A stretch of DNA of 64,000 nt from assembly GCF_009914755.1 (NCBI RefSeq), contig NC_060928.1. The stretch is one strand, 5' to 3'. The position numbers and the translations under genes are program-made. A model generated the notes under the pieces. That model was not told the origin of the DNA. It ran no database searches and was given only the letters and a program-made list of their open reading frames with translations. Shown here piece after piece: positions 1 to 14,803 of the stretch. Each line of letters begins with the position of its first letter. The first letter of the stretch is position 1. This stretch comes from the human T2T-CHM13v2.0 reference genome, Homo sapiens.

Positions 1-124
<124 letters not shown>

Positions 125-621
125 GTTGTTTTAGCTGGAGAACTATTAACTTTTTAAAGCTTCATTCATTGATCTTTTTCCAATGAAATTCTCAATATTC
201 ATATGTAGGAATTTATGAATTTCAAAATATTAATATTTAAGCCCTCTAGTGAAAAAGATTCTTTGGTACTTGTATGTTGTATGTTTGTATTTTATAAAAT
301 AAAAGACTTGTTATAACTATTAAAACCACTGAAATAATTGTCTAATGTTGAATATAAATTCTGAGAATATTAGTATTTTTGCATAAATGTTGAACAATAT
401 TCACTTATTAATATCAAGAAAACCTCAAAAGTGTCAACAGCAATGGTAGATCCATATGACTAGGCCTTCATTCCACAATATTGGGCCTCTATTATTTGCT
501 ACGAATTATGTTAGGTTCTGGAGATTCAAGAACAAATCACAAACACTTGGCATATTTTCTTACAGAGCCAAGTCTAACAGGGGAAATGACATTTAAGATG
601 GCATGTGCAATAAATCAGAGA

Positions 622-943
622 TTCAAAGGTTTCAAAATAGTGGCCTATAGACCAGTCTTATATGGCCTACAAATTTTATGTGGAATTTATCACATTTTAG
701 CAATTTTTAACCTTAAAAAAAAGTGAGATATTTTATATAAACATTCAGATTTATTTGAAAAATCAGAAGGGATGACAACTTTAGGTCCATGTTCTCCATG
801 GAAATGACTGGCTGGGGCTGGAGCAGTGACCCCCTTTTGGAGGAACATATACTCTCTACTTTGCTCTGGCTTCTGTCCACTTCGCTTGATTCATTCATAT
901 TACTTCATATGATGCCTATGGGCCCTTGTCATTGCAAGCCTTG
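622..943 (+). mobile_element. MER102-like hAT-Charlie DNA transposon relic
   Basis: gaaaaatcagaagggatgacaactttaggtcc...tggctggggctggagcagtgaccccc resembles recalled MER102 consensus. Confidence 0.65.
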
Positions 944-954
944 CAGAAAGTGTG

Positions 955-1795
955 ACAACGTAAATGACAGAATCCAGTAAAAAATAAAAACAGGAGGACC
1001 TATTCAAAAAGCAGTAAATGAGATTTTTTCCTTTTTCCCTCAGTGGTGTTGCTCCAGACCTGTCAGGGTGTTTTTTGTTTGTTTGTTTGTTTATTTTTTT
1101 AATGTTTGTTTGTTTGAGACAGAGTCTTGCTCTGTCGCCCAGGCTGGAGTGCAGTGGTGCGATCTCCGCTCACTGCTAGCTCCCCCGCCCAGGTTCACGC
1201 CATTCTCCTGCCTCAGCCTCCTGAGTATCTGGGACTACAGGTGCCTGCCACCATGCCTGGCTAATTTTTAGTATTTTTTAGTAGAGACGGGGTTTCACCG
1301 TGTTAGCCAGGATGGTCTCGATCTCCTGACCTTGTGATCCACCTACCTTGGCCTCCCAAAGTGCTGGGATTACAGGTGTGAGCCACCGTGCCCGGAGGGT
1401 GCTTTTTATTTACTCTTTTTTGCCATACTCCCTTGGATGTGGGGCTACGTGAGTACAGAGCCTCAAAGGCAGTCAGCCTCACCCTGGCTCTTCGGCACTG
1501 GCACCCAGGCATGTTGGTAGGTGGGGGTGGGAAGTGATCATTGGGCTGGCGTGAAGATGGAAGGTCGGGCAGGCACTGGAGAACCCTGCAGAACTGCAAG
1601 TGAGGCAAGCCTCCAAGGCCCGGGTACAGGCTTCATCACCCTATTGGACTTCACTGACAAAACACAAATGCAAAGATAAAGTTATTTGGAATTTCAGGAT
1701 GGCAACTCAGAGCATTAATCTCAGAGCACAGGGCTCTGCTGAGTGAGAGGCCGTGTGTGACCACATTGGTCTCACACTCACAGCCTTAGCCTGGA
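955..1795 (-). mobile_element. MER45-family hAT-Tip100 element interrupted by an AluY
   Basis: Reverse complement of 1640-1790 (ttaatgctctgagttgccatcctgaaattcc...ttgtgttttgtcagtgaagtcc) and of 975-1070 match the two ends of recalled MER45. Confidence 0.7.
1075..1395 (-). mobile_element. AluY
   Basis: Y-type diagnostics gttcacgccattctcc and ccgtgttagccaggatgg; TSD-like agggtg(t/c)ttttt at 1065 and 1396. Confidence 0.93.
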
Positions 1796-2180
1796 TGACC
1801 AGGGAAGGCACCCCAGATGATGTGAAGTTTGGGCATGGGGAAAGCTTTGAAAGCTCAGGAATGAAAAGCACCAGGTGAGTTCTCAGAAGAGTTTAATATG
1901 ACTGGATCATGGAGGATGAGGCAGGGTGAGGTGGAAGGAGATGTCAAAGTGCCTTGAAGTGGCAGGTAGGGGTAAAGAAATGTAGGGCCTGTAAAAAAGG
2001 GAGAAAGTGTCTTGAAGAGGCAGGTGGTGGTAAGGGAATTTAGGACCTTGTAAAAGAGGGAGAAAGCTTGGCAAACAAGTGAAGTATAAGTTATGACTAT
2101 CTGAGAAACAGTTCATTAAGATATCAAGGACAAACCTAAAGGCAGGTAAATCTATATACAAAACCGCTGTTAAAATTTAA

Positions 2181-3852
<1,672 letters not shown>

Positions 3853-3894
3853 AAAAATTAATCATTCCTTTTTCCAACAGATATTCTGAGGATC

Positions 3895-4112
3895 TCAGAT
3901 AGAGATCACTGTGCTTGAATTTGAATCCTTGCTTGGATGCCCACTAGCTCTGTGATCTTAGGCAAATTACTTAACCCCTTCATCTATGAAATGGGGACAG
4001 AACCAGAAACTCCCCTACAGGCTTGTTGTGAAAAGGAAGAGAGGAAAGAATGTAAAAGTTCATCAAAGTACTTGTCACATAAATGTGAGTGTACTAAGTG
4101 TCAGCTATTAAT
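3895..4112 (+). mobile_element. MIR SINE
   Basis: tttgaatcc...tgtgatcttaggcaaattacttaacc...catctatgaaatgggg core. Confidence 0.75.
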
Positions 4113-4587
4113 GTGATTATTACCCCTCCTTTGATACCTCGTTTGGTCTCCAAACTGCATTTGATTTTCATTCCTTGATACTTCTGACACCTCATCTGAG
4201 AGTAATCCTCATGCCTCAAGGCCAATAAAGATTTTGCTCATCTTTTCTTCTTCTTTCTCTTTACATTTTATCCAGTTTAATCTATCTGCTAATGCCTCCC
4301 AAATGTTTACTTCCTTTCCTAAGTCTTTTATCTTGTAAGTGATGCCTTTGGAAGATCTCTCACTAGGTATATCCCTTCAAATAGAACTTACTCATGTACT
4401 AGACTGTAAGGACAGGGCCATGACTGAACGTGTTCCTGGATACAGTGACTGGAACAGGGTAAGTACTCAACAAATATGGAATGAATGAAAGAATTTTCTT
4501 CTTTCTTTTCCAACCAATACAAATTTAGTGTCTTTCCATGAGGCTTAATGCCTGAACTATTTTATATATAATTGCATTAATTTGTGA

Positions 4588-4914
<327 letters not shown>

Positions 4915-5129
4915 TAATTATTTTAAGTGTATTAGATAGATAGCTAATCTAGGGAACCAAAGACAAAAGATGGGAAAGAGGAGCAATTCACTACAGCCTT
5001 ATATGTGTTCCTATTTGAAGGTTGGGGTGCACTTTTAGGATGAAAAATCTTTGGCACCAGCAAGACATTGATAACTGGTGACAAATCACTGGCAAACCTC
5101 TAGTAGTTACCAGCAGACAGCTGTGCGTT

Positions 5130-5277
5130 TGTCGGTTTGTTTGCTTGTTTACTTTTTGTATACAGATGGGCTCTCACCATGCTGCCCAGGTTGGTCTCAA
5201 ACTCTTGGCTTCCAGTGATCCACCCACCTGGGCTTCCAAAGTGCTCGGATTACAAGTGTGAGCCACAGCAACTGGCC
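5130..5277 (-). mobile_element. FLAM_C / Alu left monomer
   Basis: ctcaccatgctgcccaggttggtctcaaactc...ccaaagtgctcggattacaagtgtgagccac; single arm only. Confidence 0.85.
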
Positions 5278-5479
5278 CAGATGATTGTGTTAACTGAAGG
5301 CAGACAGAGATAAAGTAAAATATAAGGTAAATATAGTGAATTATCAGATCCCAGGAGGAAATGTGGAATGTGCCTTACAAGTTAAAAGGAAACTTTCAAG
5401 CAAAAAAGGACATGAGTACCAAGAAACTAGAAACAAATTCTAAGCAATGATATGTGGACTAATTCGATGATCTACATGG

Positions 5480-6680
5480 AGGTTTACTGCCTTTGAAAGA
5501 AGCAGTGATGACTCGAAGCCTATGTGGCCTCATTAGTGAAAATAATTTCAGAGGAACTTTATCTTTGACAGGATTTACAGCTGGATAGATTAGGAAAAAT
5601 AATTCAATGGCATAGGATATTTGGCCTTTTACAGGGCATTTCATGACATACTTGTGAAAGATGGAGAAATATAGGCCATGCAATGATATGAATGGGTGAA
5701 CATAGAGCTGGTTGAACACACATCCCCAAAGGGTAGTGATTAACCAGCGTATTTGAATGCATACTGTTCCTTTTAGTGATGTGCCTTAAGAATCTCTATG
5801 TAGCTCTGTTTTCTAATCATTTTTATCTGTTACTTCTAGGAATGGACAGAAAATGCATATAAAATGTGAATAAAATCATCCTGAGTAGGTCAGTAGATAT
5901 GAAGGATGAAAGAAACAGGTATTTATTAGAGTGTACTCAAAGGCATTTTATACTAGTCAGTCATGGGTTTAGACATCCATCTCTTCAGTAAAATTGGGAT
6001 AGATTGTTTTAATCTTCTCATGCCCCCAATATTTCATAATGTCTAGTATATAGTGGTGCTTAAATGTTACTTGAATCTTTAGAAGCCTGAAGGATAGGTC
6101 AAATTTAGCAAGGTTTATGGATATCAGTAGAATTAGTTGTAAAATGTGAGTGTCAAAACAGTGAATGCCAGCTTAGATATCATTATATTAGAATAGTACC
6201 TAAAAGTAGGGAGGTGGTCCTCCTGGGTTACTCTGCAGCTATTAACTGTATTTGTATCGCTGCGCTTAATTCTGCAGACTGCTGAGACAAACTAGAAGAT
6301 GTTCAGAGAAATGCAAACTCTTGGATATGCTTGAAGCTATTCCTTTGAAAAATGATTGAAAAGGTGACAATTCAAAAGGGACATGAGGGTTGCTTTCAGA
6401 TACACCTTAGGCTTAATGTAAAGAAAGAAAAGTAAATTTGTTTTTTATTGCAAAGGATTATATCTGGACCAGTGGGTACAATGAAAGAAAACATATTAGG
6501 ATCAAGGTCTGGAGTATGTTGCTCTAGAAGATAAAAAGAGTTTTCTATAACTGAAGATGTGCCTCATAGGCTAGTTGAAAACCGGCAGAGATATTGTAGA
6601 TAAGCTTCTTAACATATTTTAGGAGGTTTAATTACATAATCTTTAAGATGACGTCAAAATCTAAGGTTCTAATATTCACT
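5480..6680 (+). mobile_element. L3/CR1 LINE relic (RT region to 3' end)
   Basis: gaagcagtgatgactcgaagcc...catgacatacttgtgaaagatggagaaat...agctggttgaacac, and terminal taagatgacgtcaaaatctaaggttctaatattc, resemble recalled L3. Confidence 0.7.
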
Positions 6681-8054
6681 GATTTTATCTTTGAGTCAGC
6701 AGTTTATGAAACTGAAGGCATGTAGTGCTATACAGACAGCAGATGCTTAGAAAGGTATTTGAGTGTACTACAAATAAAAGGACAATCTTCATTCATTAGG
6801 AAACCACATAAATATACATAAACTGTAGAACTTTGGAATAGTTATTCTATTATTTCTCTTCAGAACAGCACAGAAAGTTTTATGTCTCTCAGCACTATCT
6901 GCATTTACCCTAAAAAGAAATTTATAAAGCAAGCCAAAGATATACTGTAAAACCTTGGCTCTCAAACAAACAGAAAACCTTCAAAACTACAGATTTAAAA
7001 TATTACTAAAAGGAAAATTTGCAACTTGAAAAGAGAAATAGCTGTAGGTTAAAGAACAACATAAGAAAGTGGATAAAAGTAGCACAACCCAGATGACCAT
7101 CTGTTTAGCCATGTTAAGTATACAGCAGCAAAACAAACACAAATTATAGCTACAATGTAAAAATAAAGGAGTGTGATGAAAAAGAAAAACTGTCATAGGA
7201 TTGATTTACTCCAAATTTAGAAATGTATCCCAACATAAATCACAATAATCAAAACCCTATGAAATAAAACAAAATTCCAGAATTTGATTTAAAATAGATA
7301 CAGAATCTAATAAACAAAAAACCAGAAGTAATACAACATGAAGAATAACATCACTAACAAATGATGCTGCAACAAATGCTTATCAGTATTTATCATATCA
7401 TACATTGTAATAAATACTATATGTCTCAAATTGCTTGCCTAATCAATTCACTAATTAATTGTAAAAAAGAAAGGAGCAAAATGGCTTGGGCTGGGATAAA
7501 TTTGGGACTATTGAAGAAATACATTTTATTATCAAAAATAATATTTTGGAATATAGTAACATGTTATACAATGTCAAACTTCACAGAAACAAGAAATTAC
7601 AATATGATATTTTCACCCAAAGTGGCAGGAAATAAGTGAAAATATTTAAGGCTGAAAAGATTGTAATCAGAAGGTTGCTTTTAGATCCTGTTAGTTAGAG
7701 TGTCTTTTGTTATAGAGAACCATGAAAATGTTTCTATCCATCCAGATGTTGATTTCTAAATGCTGTTCTCCAATAAAATGAATCCAGGTTTCTTTAGAAA
7801 TTGGCTGAACCTGGAGCTGGGGTAGGGAAAATATAAGATGAGCCTAGAGCTTCTTATGGTGCCAAAGAGGAAGTCAGTGAGTAAAACAAGTAAGAAAATG
7901 AGTAAGGGAAATAAGAAAGTAAGGGAGTAAACAACATATGGGAGGATGTCATCAGAAGGACACAGAAATCAATCTGAATAAGAGAGAACAACTTGAGTCC
8001 AAAATAAATAATATTAGTATTGGATTCTTAACCAAATAATAAAATAAGTATTCA

Positions 8055-8902
8055 AACAAGGAAGAAAAGATTTTGAATGTTGTCACCACAAGGAATGATA
8101 AACGTTTAAAGTGATGAATATGGTAATTACTCTGATGTTGTCATTATGTGAATAAAGCACCACATGGAGTTTTACCCCAAAATATGGCTCCCTGATATAA
8201 TGAATATTTTGAATTACAGGCCCTTAGAGATCAACAGATGGTAGAACAGACTTTTCCCTATCCATATAAAGACAGGGCAGACCTATGAAGGAGAAGAGTT
8301 GTTTCTTCTCTGCCTCGGCCCCATGTCTCTCAATCTTCTACCTCTTCAAAAGCACAGGCTGAAGTTTCCTTAACTGCCTAAACTCCAGATCTTCAAAAAC
8401 AAACAAGCAAAACACCAAAAAACAATTACCTGTGATCCACTCCTTGGTTTTTTACTAACTGAACCCATATCCCAGGAGGAAGACAAAAGTCGTCAACAAA
8501 CCTGGACATATTTTTGTCACAAACCAACAGGCCCAACAGACAACTGTATGTTCTTCAAGCCCATTAAATTATCCTAAAAACTATTTACTATCTTCCTAAA
8601 ATCATCCACACTACCTCTCCTCTCCCTTTCCCCTAAAATGTAGGGTATATAAGCATCTGTACCCCATTGAGATATTAGGTAATCACAGTGTGATTCTCCC
8701 TTTACACATGATAGCAATAAATTTATATTCCTTTTCTCTTATGAATCTGCCTTTTTATGAGTTAATTTTTCAATAACTTTTCAGAGGGCAAAAGGAGAAG
8801 CTTTCCGTTCACCCACACATACACATGCATTGAGACATCACGGTGAACCCCATAAAAATGTACAATTATTATGTGTCAAATATAATTAAAATTTAAGTTA
8901 AA
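8055..8902 (+). mobile_element. L1MA-type 3' end, interrupted by an LTR
   Basis: gattttgaatgttgtcaccacaaggaatgataaacg...ccccataaaaatgtacaattattatgtgtcaa; perfect 17-bp TSD aataaaataagtattca at 8038-8054 and 8903-8919. Confidence 0.8.
8147..8818 (+). mobile_element. Solo ERV1 LTR, MER39-like
   Basis: accccaaaatatggctccctgatataatgaatattttgaatt...; TATA-like tatataag at 8646, AATAAA at 8716, terminal ttcagagggcaaaaggagaagctttcc...aca. Confidence 0.75.
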
Positions 8903-9526
8903 AATAAAATAAGTATTCATGAGTCCACATTGATATAAAAAATGGATAAATAAATACATAGGAGAGAGGGGGCAACTCTTCCTTACAAAATAATTCCAGT
9001 TCTGACAATCTAACTTATGGGGAAATAAAATTTAGTTAAAGACTTACAGAATCAAAGATGCTTATATGTTAATTACAGCACTATGATAGTACTTAAAAAT
9101 CTAAAATAATGGCTTCTATTTTGATGAATTCGTTTACAGTCATTATAATACGCGTTCTGGAGAATGGTTATGAGGAAATATTCAGACAAAAGTAACATAT
9201 TTCACACATTTAAATAGTGACTTCTCTTAAAAAAATTCTAACACAAGAAAGAATTGGTGATGAGTGAAATAAACATAGATAATAAAATAAGAAAATAAAT
9301 TAGAGGGCAATATGTTGTAGTTTGACTCTAACCATCCACAACATTGATCTAGCTGTGAATTCTACTTCTGCAGCAACTTCTACTTGGTTTTAGACTATAT
9401 GTACACAATGTCTCATATTCAAATAAAAATGATTCATCTAATCTTACGGCTGATTTATCTGCCAAATATTTTACCTTTTAAAATGCATTTTGAATGCCCA
9501 GATGCAGTCTTCTGATGAAATACAAG

Positions 9527-9528
<2 letters not shown>

Positions 9529-9566
<38 letters not shown>
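9529..9566 (+). repeat. (AC)19 microsatellite
   Basis: Perfect dinucleotide run. Confidence 0.97.
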
Positions 9567-9568
<2 letters not shown>

Positions 9569-11139
9569 TATAATTTCAAATATTTTGGAATGTTATTGTC
9601 TTCAGTGAGAAGTTTTGGCAACATTAAACAAAAAATATAACAAAATCCAGTGTCCCTTATCTTATTTCTGCTAAAAAATAATATGCCTTGAAAAAATCTA
9701 TCAATGGACATAGTCACTAAAATGAATTCTTCTTACCTCATTTTCTAGAGGACAGCAGTGTCTGGCCCATACTTGATAATCAATATTTGTTCAATTAAAG
9801 AAAATTGAAGTATGCTATTTCTTCATGACATAGCTATGACAAGCTTTCATTTTGATTCATGTAAAGTTATGAAGCTAGACAAGATTCATTAACTAATAAA
9901 AACTGGTATTGTTAAAAAAGAAAATCCCTACATACAGTTAGATCAAGTAAGTGTGAACATAAAGAACATTAGCATAAATGTTTTGCCTATATGAATGTAT
10001 GACAGAGGAAGAGGGACCATCTACAACAAGAATACTTTAGAAAGCCATAGCTTACAAATATAATTTAGAAATGGTTCTACTGTTAATCAAGTGATGAAAG
10101 ATTGATGTTTTATATAATTAAACTCCTGATAAAAATGTGAGTAATGAAAAATTAGGAAAACAAATTGAGGAAACATAAATCTAATTTTATAAATGTTTGT
10201 ATTTTCTTATGACTCTTTTTTTTTAAAGTAAAAGAAAGAACAGATTTCAGCAGAAGAGAGTAGGGTAGTATTGCTTATTCTCTCCAAACACTTAAAGTAC
10301 CCAGCAAAAAAGTCTGACTCAACCCTAACAGCAGTTCCTACTGCCGTAAAGAGATGTAGACATTTGCCTTGGTTTTTGTGTCAATATTAATCAAACATTA
10401 ATCAAATCAACAAAAAGAAAATTTCAAAGCCATTTACAGGGACACATCTGTAGTTAAAATTTTGTTTGTATTTTCTAGCCAACCTTGTAATAAGGTATAC
10501 ATTTGAAAGTATCTGCCTTCCTATCTGCCTACCTACCCACCTATCTCTCCACAGAAAAACACATGCACTCACATGTATACACATGTGTGCATGGTTTCAC
10601 AAAAATCTAGACTTGTCATATATTTTTTTAGAGCAATATGCTAACATATTCCTTATAATCAAATCTTCCCATATGTTTTGGAGATAATTTACACAAATAT
10701 TTCTCAGAATAAAATGCAAAAATCATCCTATCTGATTACATTCTGTTAAGAAACCACTGTGAGATACTGTGTCCTTGATATGCCCCTATGTTTCTAAGAG
10801 TTAAGTGCAGATGCTTATTTATCTTTCTAATAAAATTTTGGAGGAATGTGTAAAGGTAGGTTAAACTATGTCAGAGCCTTAAAACACTGTTCTTTTTTCA
10901 AGGTTTTTATGTGGTAAGATAAGAAAAAAAAAAGAACATTGCTAGCAGTTCCGAAAACACAACTGAGATGCAATTTGATAAATAGCCTTCCATCATCCAA
11001 GCCAGAGCAGTGGAAAAGCATGCTATCAGCACTCTCATCAAAGATACTATTGACTCCTCTTCTTCTATATCATTTTTTTTTCACGAGTTTCTCATTTTGT
11101 TTACTCAGTAAATGATTGGGAAAAAAAATTATTTCTTAC

Positions 11140-11296
11140 CTCTTGGGTGAGAGGGAATGGCATCTGTTAATGAAGGTTCCTTTTCTCCATCATTGTTGCC
11201 GCCACTGCCTTCACTGCCACCATCTCTTTCAATCAGTTTGTCCACCATAGCAATAATGCAGTTCAGGCTCTTCCCCACATTGGCCCACACCCTGTC
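11140..11296 (-). CDS. INPP4B: INPP4B internal coding exon, 157 nt
   Basis: cttttttcag|GAC AGG GTG TGG...CCA AGA G|gtaaga; translates [52 protein letters not shown](E), continuing directly from ...DEEEW. Confidence 0.96.
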
Positions 11297-11699
11297 CTGA
11301 AAAAAGCATGAGTATCACTACATATTTTTGTCACAAAAACAAGATAAGGCAAAGTCGGATAAATCTATTTTAGAGAAGCATTTGGAAGGGTAGTCATTAG
11401 AATGCAGATTGAGTAGCTCTAAATTCCCATTAATTTGGTCAGACTATGGATATATAATGAATCTATGTTCTCTTAATGAAGCAAAAATGAAGTATTATAA
11501 ACCTTTTTATTTAGTCCATTATTTTCACTGTCATAAAGAAATGATGACCATCATACAATATTAATCCATAATTGAACACAAATTATGATATTTTAAATTG
11601 AAGGCATCTATTCTCTTTATCAACACTTATTATGAAAGCAAACACACACCAACATTTTTAAAGAATGGCCTCCTGTTGTGTGAGAAATTCTTGGAGTAT

Positions 11700-11915
11700 T
11701 TTTGGTTATATATACATATATATATATTTCAGTAGCATTAAGTATATTCACTTTGTCATACACCCATTACTAGCATCCACTTTCAGAACTTTTTCATCTT
11801 CCTAGACTGAAACTCTGCACCCCTTACACACATGAATTTCACATTCCTTCCTCTTCCAGCCCTTGGCAACCACATTTTGCTTTCTGTCCCTGTGAATTTG
11901 ACTATTCTAGGTACT
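11700..11915 (-). mobile_element. L1MB-type 3' end fragment
   Basis: cagtagcattaagtatattcac...cccttggcaaccacattttgctttctgtccctgtgaatttgactattctaggtac; TSD-like agaaattct...agtat at 11683 and 11916. Confidence 0.8.
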
Positions 11916-11924
11916 AGAAATTCT

Positions 11925-12092
11925 GGAAGTATGGTCTTTAGACCACTTCTAACAGAACAGCCCAGAAAATTAGTATGCAGATCCCTGGGTCCCACCAACT
12001 GAATCAGAAACCCTGGGAGGAAGGCACAATAAATTGAAATTTTGACAAATTGCTCAGATACTTCTGACCATACTGTCTTAGAACCTCTACTT
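11925..12092. mobile_element. MER5A hAT-Charlie MITE
   Basis: atgcagatccctgggtcccaccaactgaatcagaaaccctggg core. Confidence 0.7.
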
Positions 12093-13530
12093 AATATTAT
12101 ACACTAGAGCTACATAATAAGTCATTTTGAGTGATTTATTTCCCAAGAAGCAGCCTGTACCACTAACGGGCCTCTTTGCCACTAATCTTCCCAGTTCTCA
12201 TTAGTAGCCATTTTTGCTTAAGGTAATGCATGCAACTTAATTCTTTGATTCACAAAATTGCTATTAATTGTTTAAATACTATTTTGAATACAGATATCAC
12301 AATAGACGACTGCCATTCCTCACTTCCTTCGTGCTTCTCTTCCTACATCATCTAGCATTGACTCCTAATTTCTCTCTCCAGGCATAATACCCAGATAGAT
12401 TTATGGTGTTTTCCCTGCATCACACCACAGAACAACCTTTCAGTGGGTGCTTTCTCTATAATAGAGCTACCCCAGGAACCTGGAGTACCACTTAATGTAA
12501 AGATAGTACTAAATTAGAGTATTTCCTTAGTGGTTTGTACATTTTTTCTCAAATGTACTTTTTTTGCCAAAGCTAATTTTGCTACTTCATAAACATATAA
12601 ATTAATTTTGGAAAGGATAAATCAAGGAATAGAAACTAAAGTTGAATTTAGATTATGTGATGGCTATGTTGTAAAGACGGAGTGCACAGACATGCCTACT
12701 TTAGCTGAGGAATAATAGGGTTTTAAAGAAAAGCAGAACATTCAAAGTTAGCACAGGTAATTTTGGATCCTTATGTGACATGCTACCTAGGAGACACTGA
12801 GAAAAGTACTTCCTCCCTGGGGAAGCCCAGTTGTCTCAGTTGGAATGATAATTCTTGCTCTAACTACCTCACCAAGCTGCAATGGGAGCCAAATGCTGTG
12901 TTTTCTAAGAAGGCACTTGTTGAAATTATTACTATTGGGCAAAATCACATCCAAAACTTACTGGCTTTCCTAAGTAAATCAAGCTTTCCCCTCACACTGT
13001 AACCTTGAGTAGGAAGTACTCTATTAACCACAAGCGATTATAACAATCTTTCCCCTAAAGTCAGATCTTTCCACTAAGAATTGAAAGCACTTTACCTCTA
13101 AGAAAAATTTAAACACCAATTGCATCCATAGATCACATCATCATCTGCCTGTTGTCTGAGAAAATGGTGTAAAGGAACCTCTGAACCATAAGCCAGGAGA
13201 GCTAAGGAAGCTCATTTATTCCAGGAAGAAATGCTGGGGAAGGGTAAGTAACCTGATGGTCTTGACATCTGGATTGGGATTTGGTGAGGAGCTTCCATTC
13301 TGGAGCACAATAACAAACTCATGCCCTCTCTTTTGAATATGCCTGAATCACTACCACCGACTGCATTTTTAAGGTGATTAAATTGAAAAATGAAACAACT
13401 CTCCAGCTAAAACTGGAAATCAACTCTGCTACTGAGGAAAAAAAGGGGAGCAGGTTCCCCTCAATTTTCCAGACTAGCTTTGTTCATAAGTTGTTAACTC
13501 TCTTGCTGTTGCCCATGTTGAAAGGAACTT

Positions 13531-13810
13531 GTGTGTGTGTTTGTGTGTGTGTGTGTGCACTTGCGCATGTATGTGGCACAGTTGGCTCACTGCAGTCTTG
13601 ATCTCCTGGGTTCAAATGATCCTCCCACCTCAGCCTCCCAAGTAGCTGGGACCACAGGCATGCCCACCACGCCTAACTAATTTTTGTAGTTTTTGCAGAG
13701 ATGGGGTTTTACTATGTTGCCCAGGCTGATCTTGAATTCCTGGGCTCAAGTGATCCACCCACCTCAGCCTCCCAAAGTGCTGGGATTACAGGTGGGGAGC
13801 CACTGCACCA
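13531..13810 (-). mobile_element. AluJ whose 3' end and tail are replaced by (TG)n
   Basis: J-type tgttgcccaggctg...cctgggctcaagtgatcc; TSD-like aa(a/g)ggaactt at 13521 and 13811. Confidence 0.88.
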
Positions 13811-14609
13811 AAGGGAACTTTATATTTTGATCAAAGATCAAGTCGCGTTGCATGTTGCTTTTCTTATATAAAGGAATGTAAGGGATAGAACAACTTCTCT
13901 TAATCACATCTCTGAAGAGCCTGAAAATAAAAGTATTTAAAAGATAATTTGACATTCACACGTATATATTGTTCTTCCTTTCCAAACAGCTCAGGTTATA
14001 AGATTTCGCTCATAGAAAAGTCACCTTTGTAGCCTGTAAAGAGATCTTCATTGGTCTGAGGAGCGTAGTGAAGCATGTTCATTGGCTAAAACCAATAAGC
14101 ATGTCATAAAGGGTTACATATATGGTAGGCAGAATAAAAAAATTTAGTCATTAATGTTTAGAGGACACAGGAGATGACACAATATTTATTAGGGTGAGAA
14201 ATTGAGCAGTCTCTTCTGTGTTACTAATACATAATTTATGAATAATCAAATATTTGCTTGAGGGGACACTCAGCAGCAGACCCTAAGCGGACTCCTTCTA
14301 TCCCTTGTCTGTTGGAGAGGAGATGCTGCCTATCTGGTGGTGAGAGAATTCAGCCTTGCTGGTCATGGCCTCCTTCTCTTTTATGGCCTTTACTAAGAAG
14401 TTATTACTACTTAGTAGCAGTTACTAAAGGTACTGATGTGTGTTTCTGTCTCTAATATTAGACTGAGTTATTTGAGAACTGTGTTCTTGTTTTATGGCAC
14501 AGGGCCTGGCTCTCAGTAATTTTTGTTGGAGGAAAGGAAGGCAGGTAGAGAAAGAGGGAGGAAGCAAGAGAAGGAGGTGACTCCAGAGACAGATTAAAGG
14601 CTGGTGTTT

Positions 14610-14803
14610 ATATTCACTTTGTATATGCACATTAGCTAATTTAATGTTCAAAAGCCACCAGATAAGGGTACTGTTATTGACTCAGTTTTTAGAGATAAAG
14701 AGAATTCTGGTAAGAGATGTTTAATAAAACTCAACATTAAAATGGTATAAATGGACTAGAACTTCCATTCTGTTTGGCTCCAAAGACTTGATTCTTCCAC
14801 TGT
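14610..14803 (-). mobile_element. MIR SINE
   Basis: gggtactgttattgactcagtttttagagataaag...tttggctccaaagac. Confidence 0.6.

Larger units (their letters stand above)
7750..9000 (+). mobile_element. Old L1MC/MD-type 3' UTR, split by a nested L1MA fragment and an LTR
   Basis: gctggggtagggaaaatataagatgagcctagagc...; resumes at 8903 after a duplicated target. Confidence 0.65.

Noticed and set aside
713-980. Overlapping ORFs 713..898 (-) and 789..980 (+) with protein-like composition
   Set aside because: They fall inside a MER102-like relic, lack exon-like splice boundaries and do not resemble INPP4B.
9737-9902. Another minus-strand pseudoexon (ttttcttttttaacaataccag|...GAG|gtaaga)
   Set aside because: Very AT-rich body and no further support; such site pairs are expected by chance in long introns.
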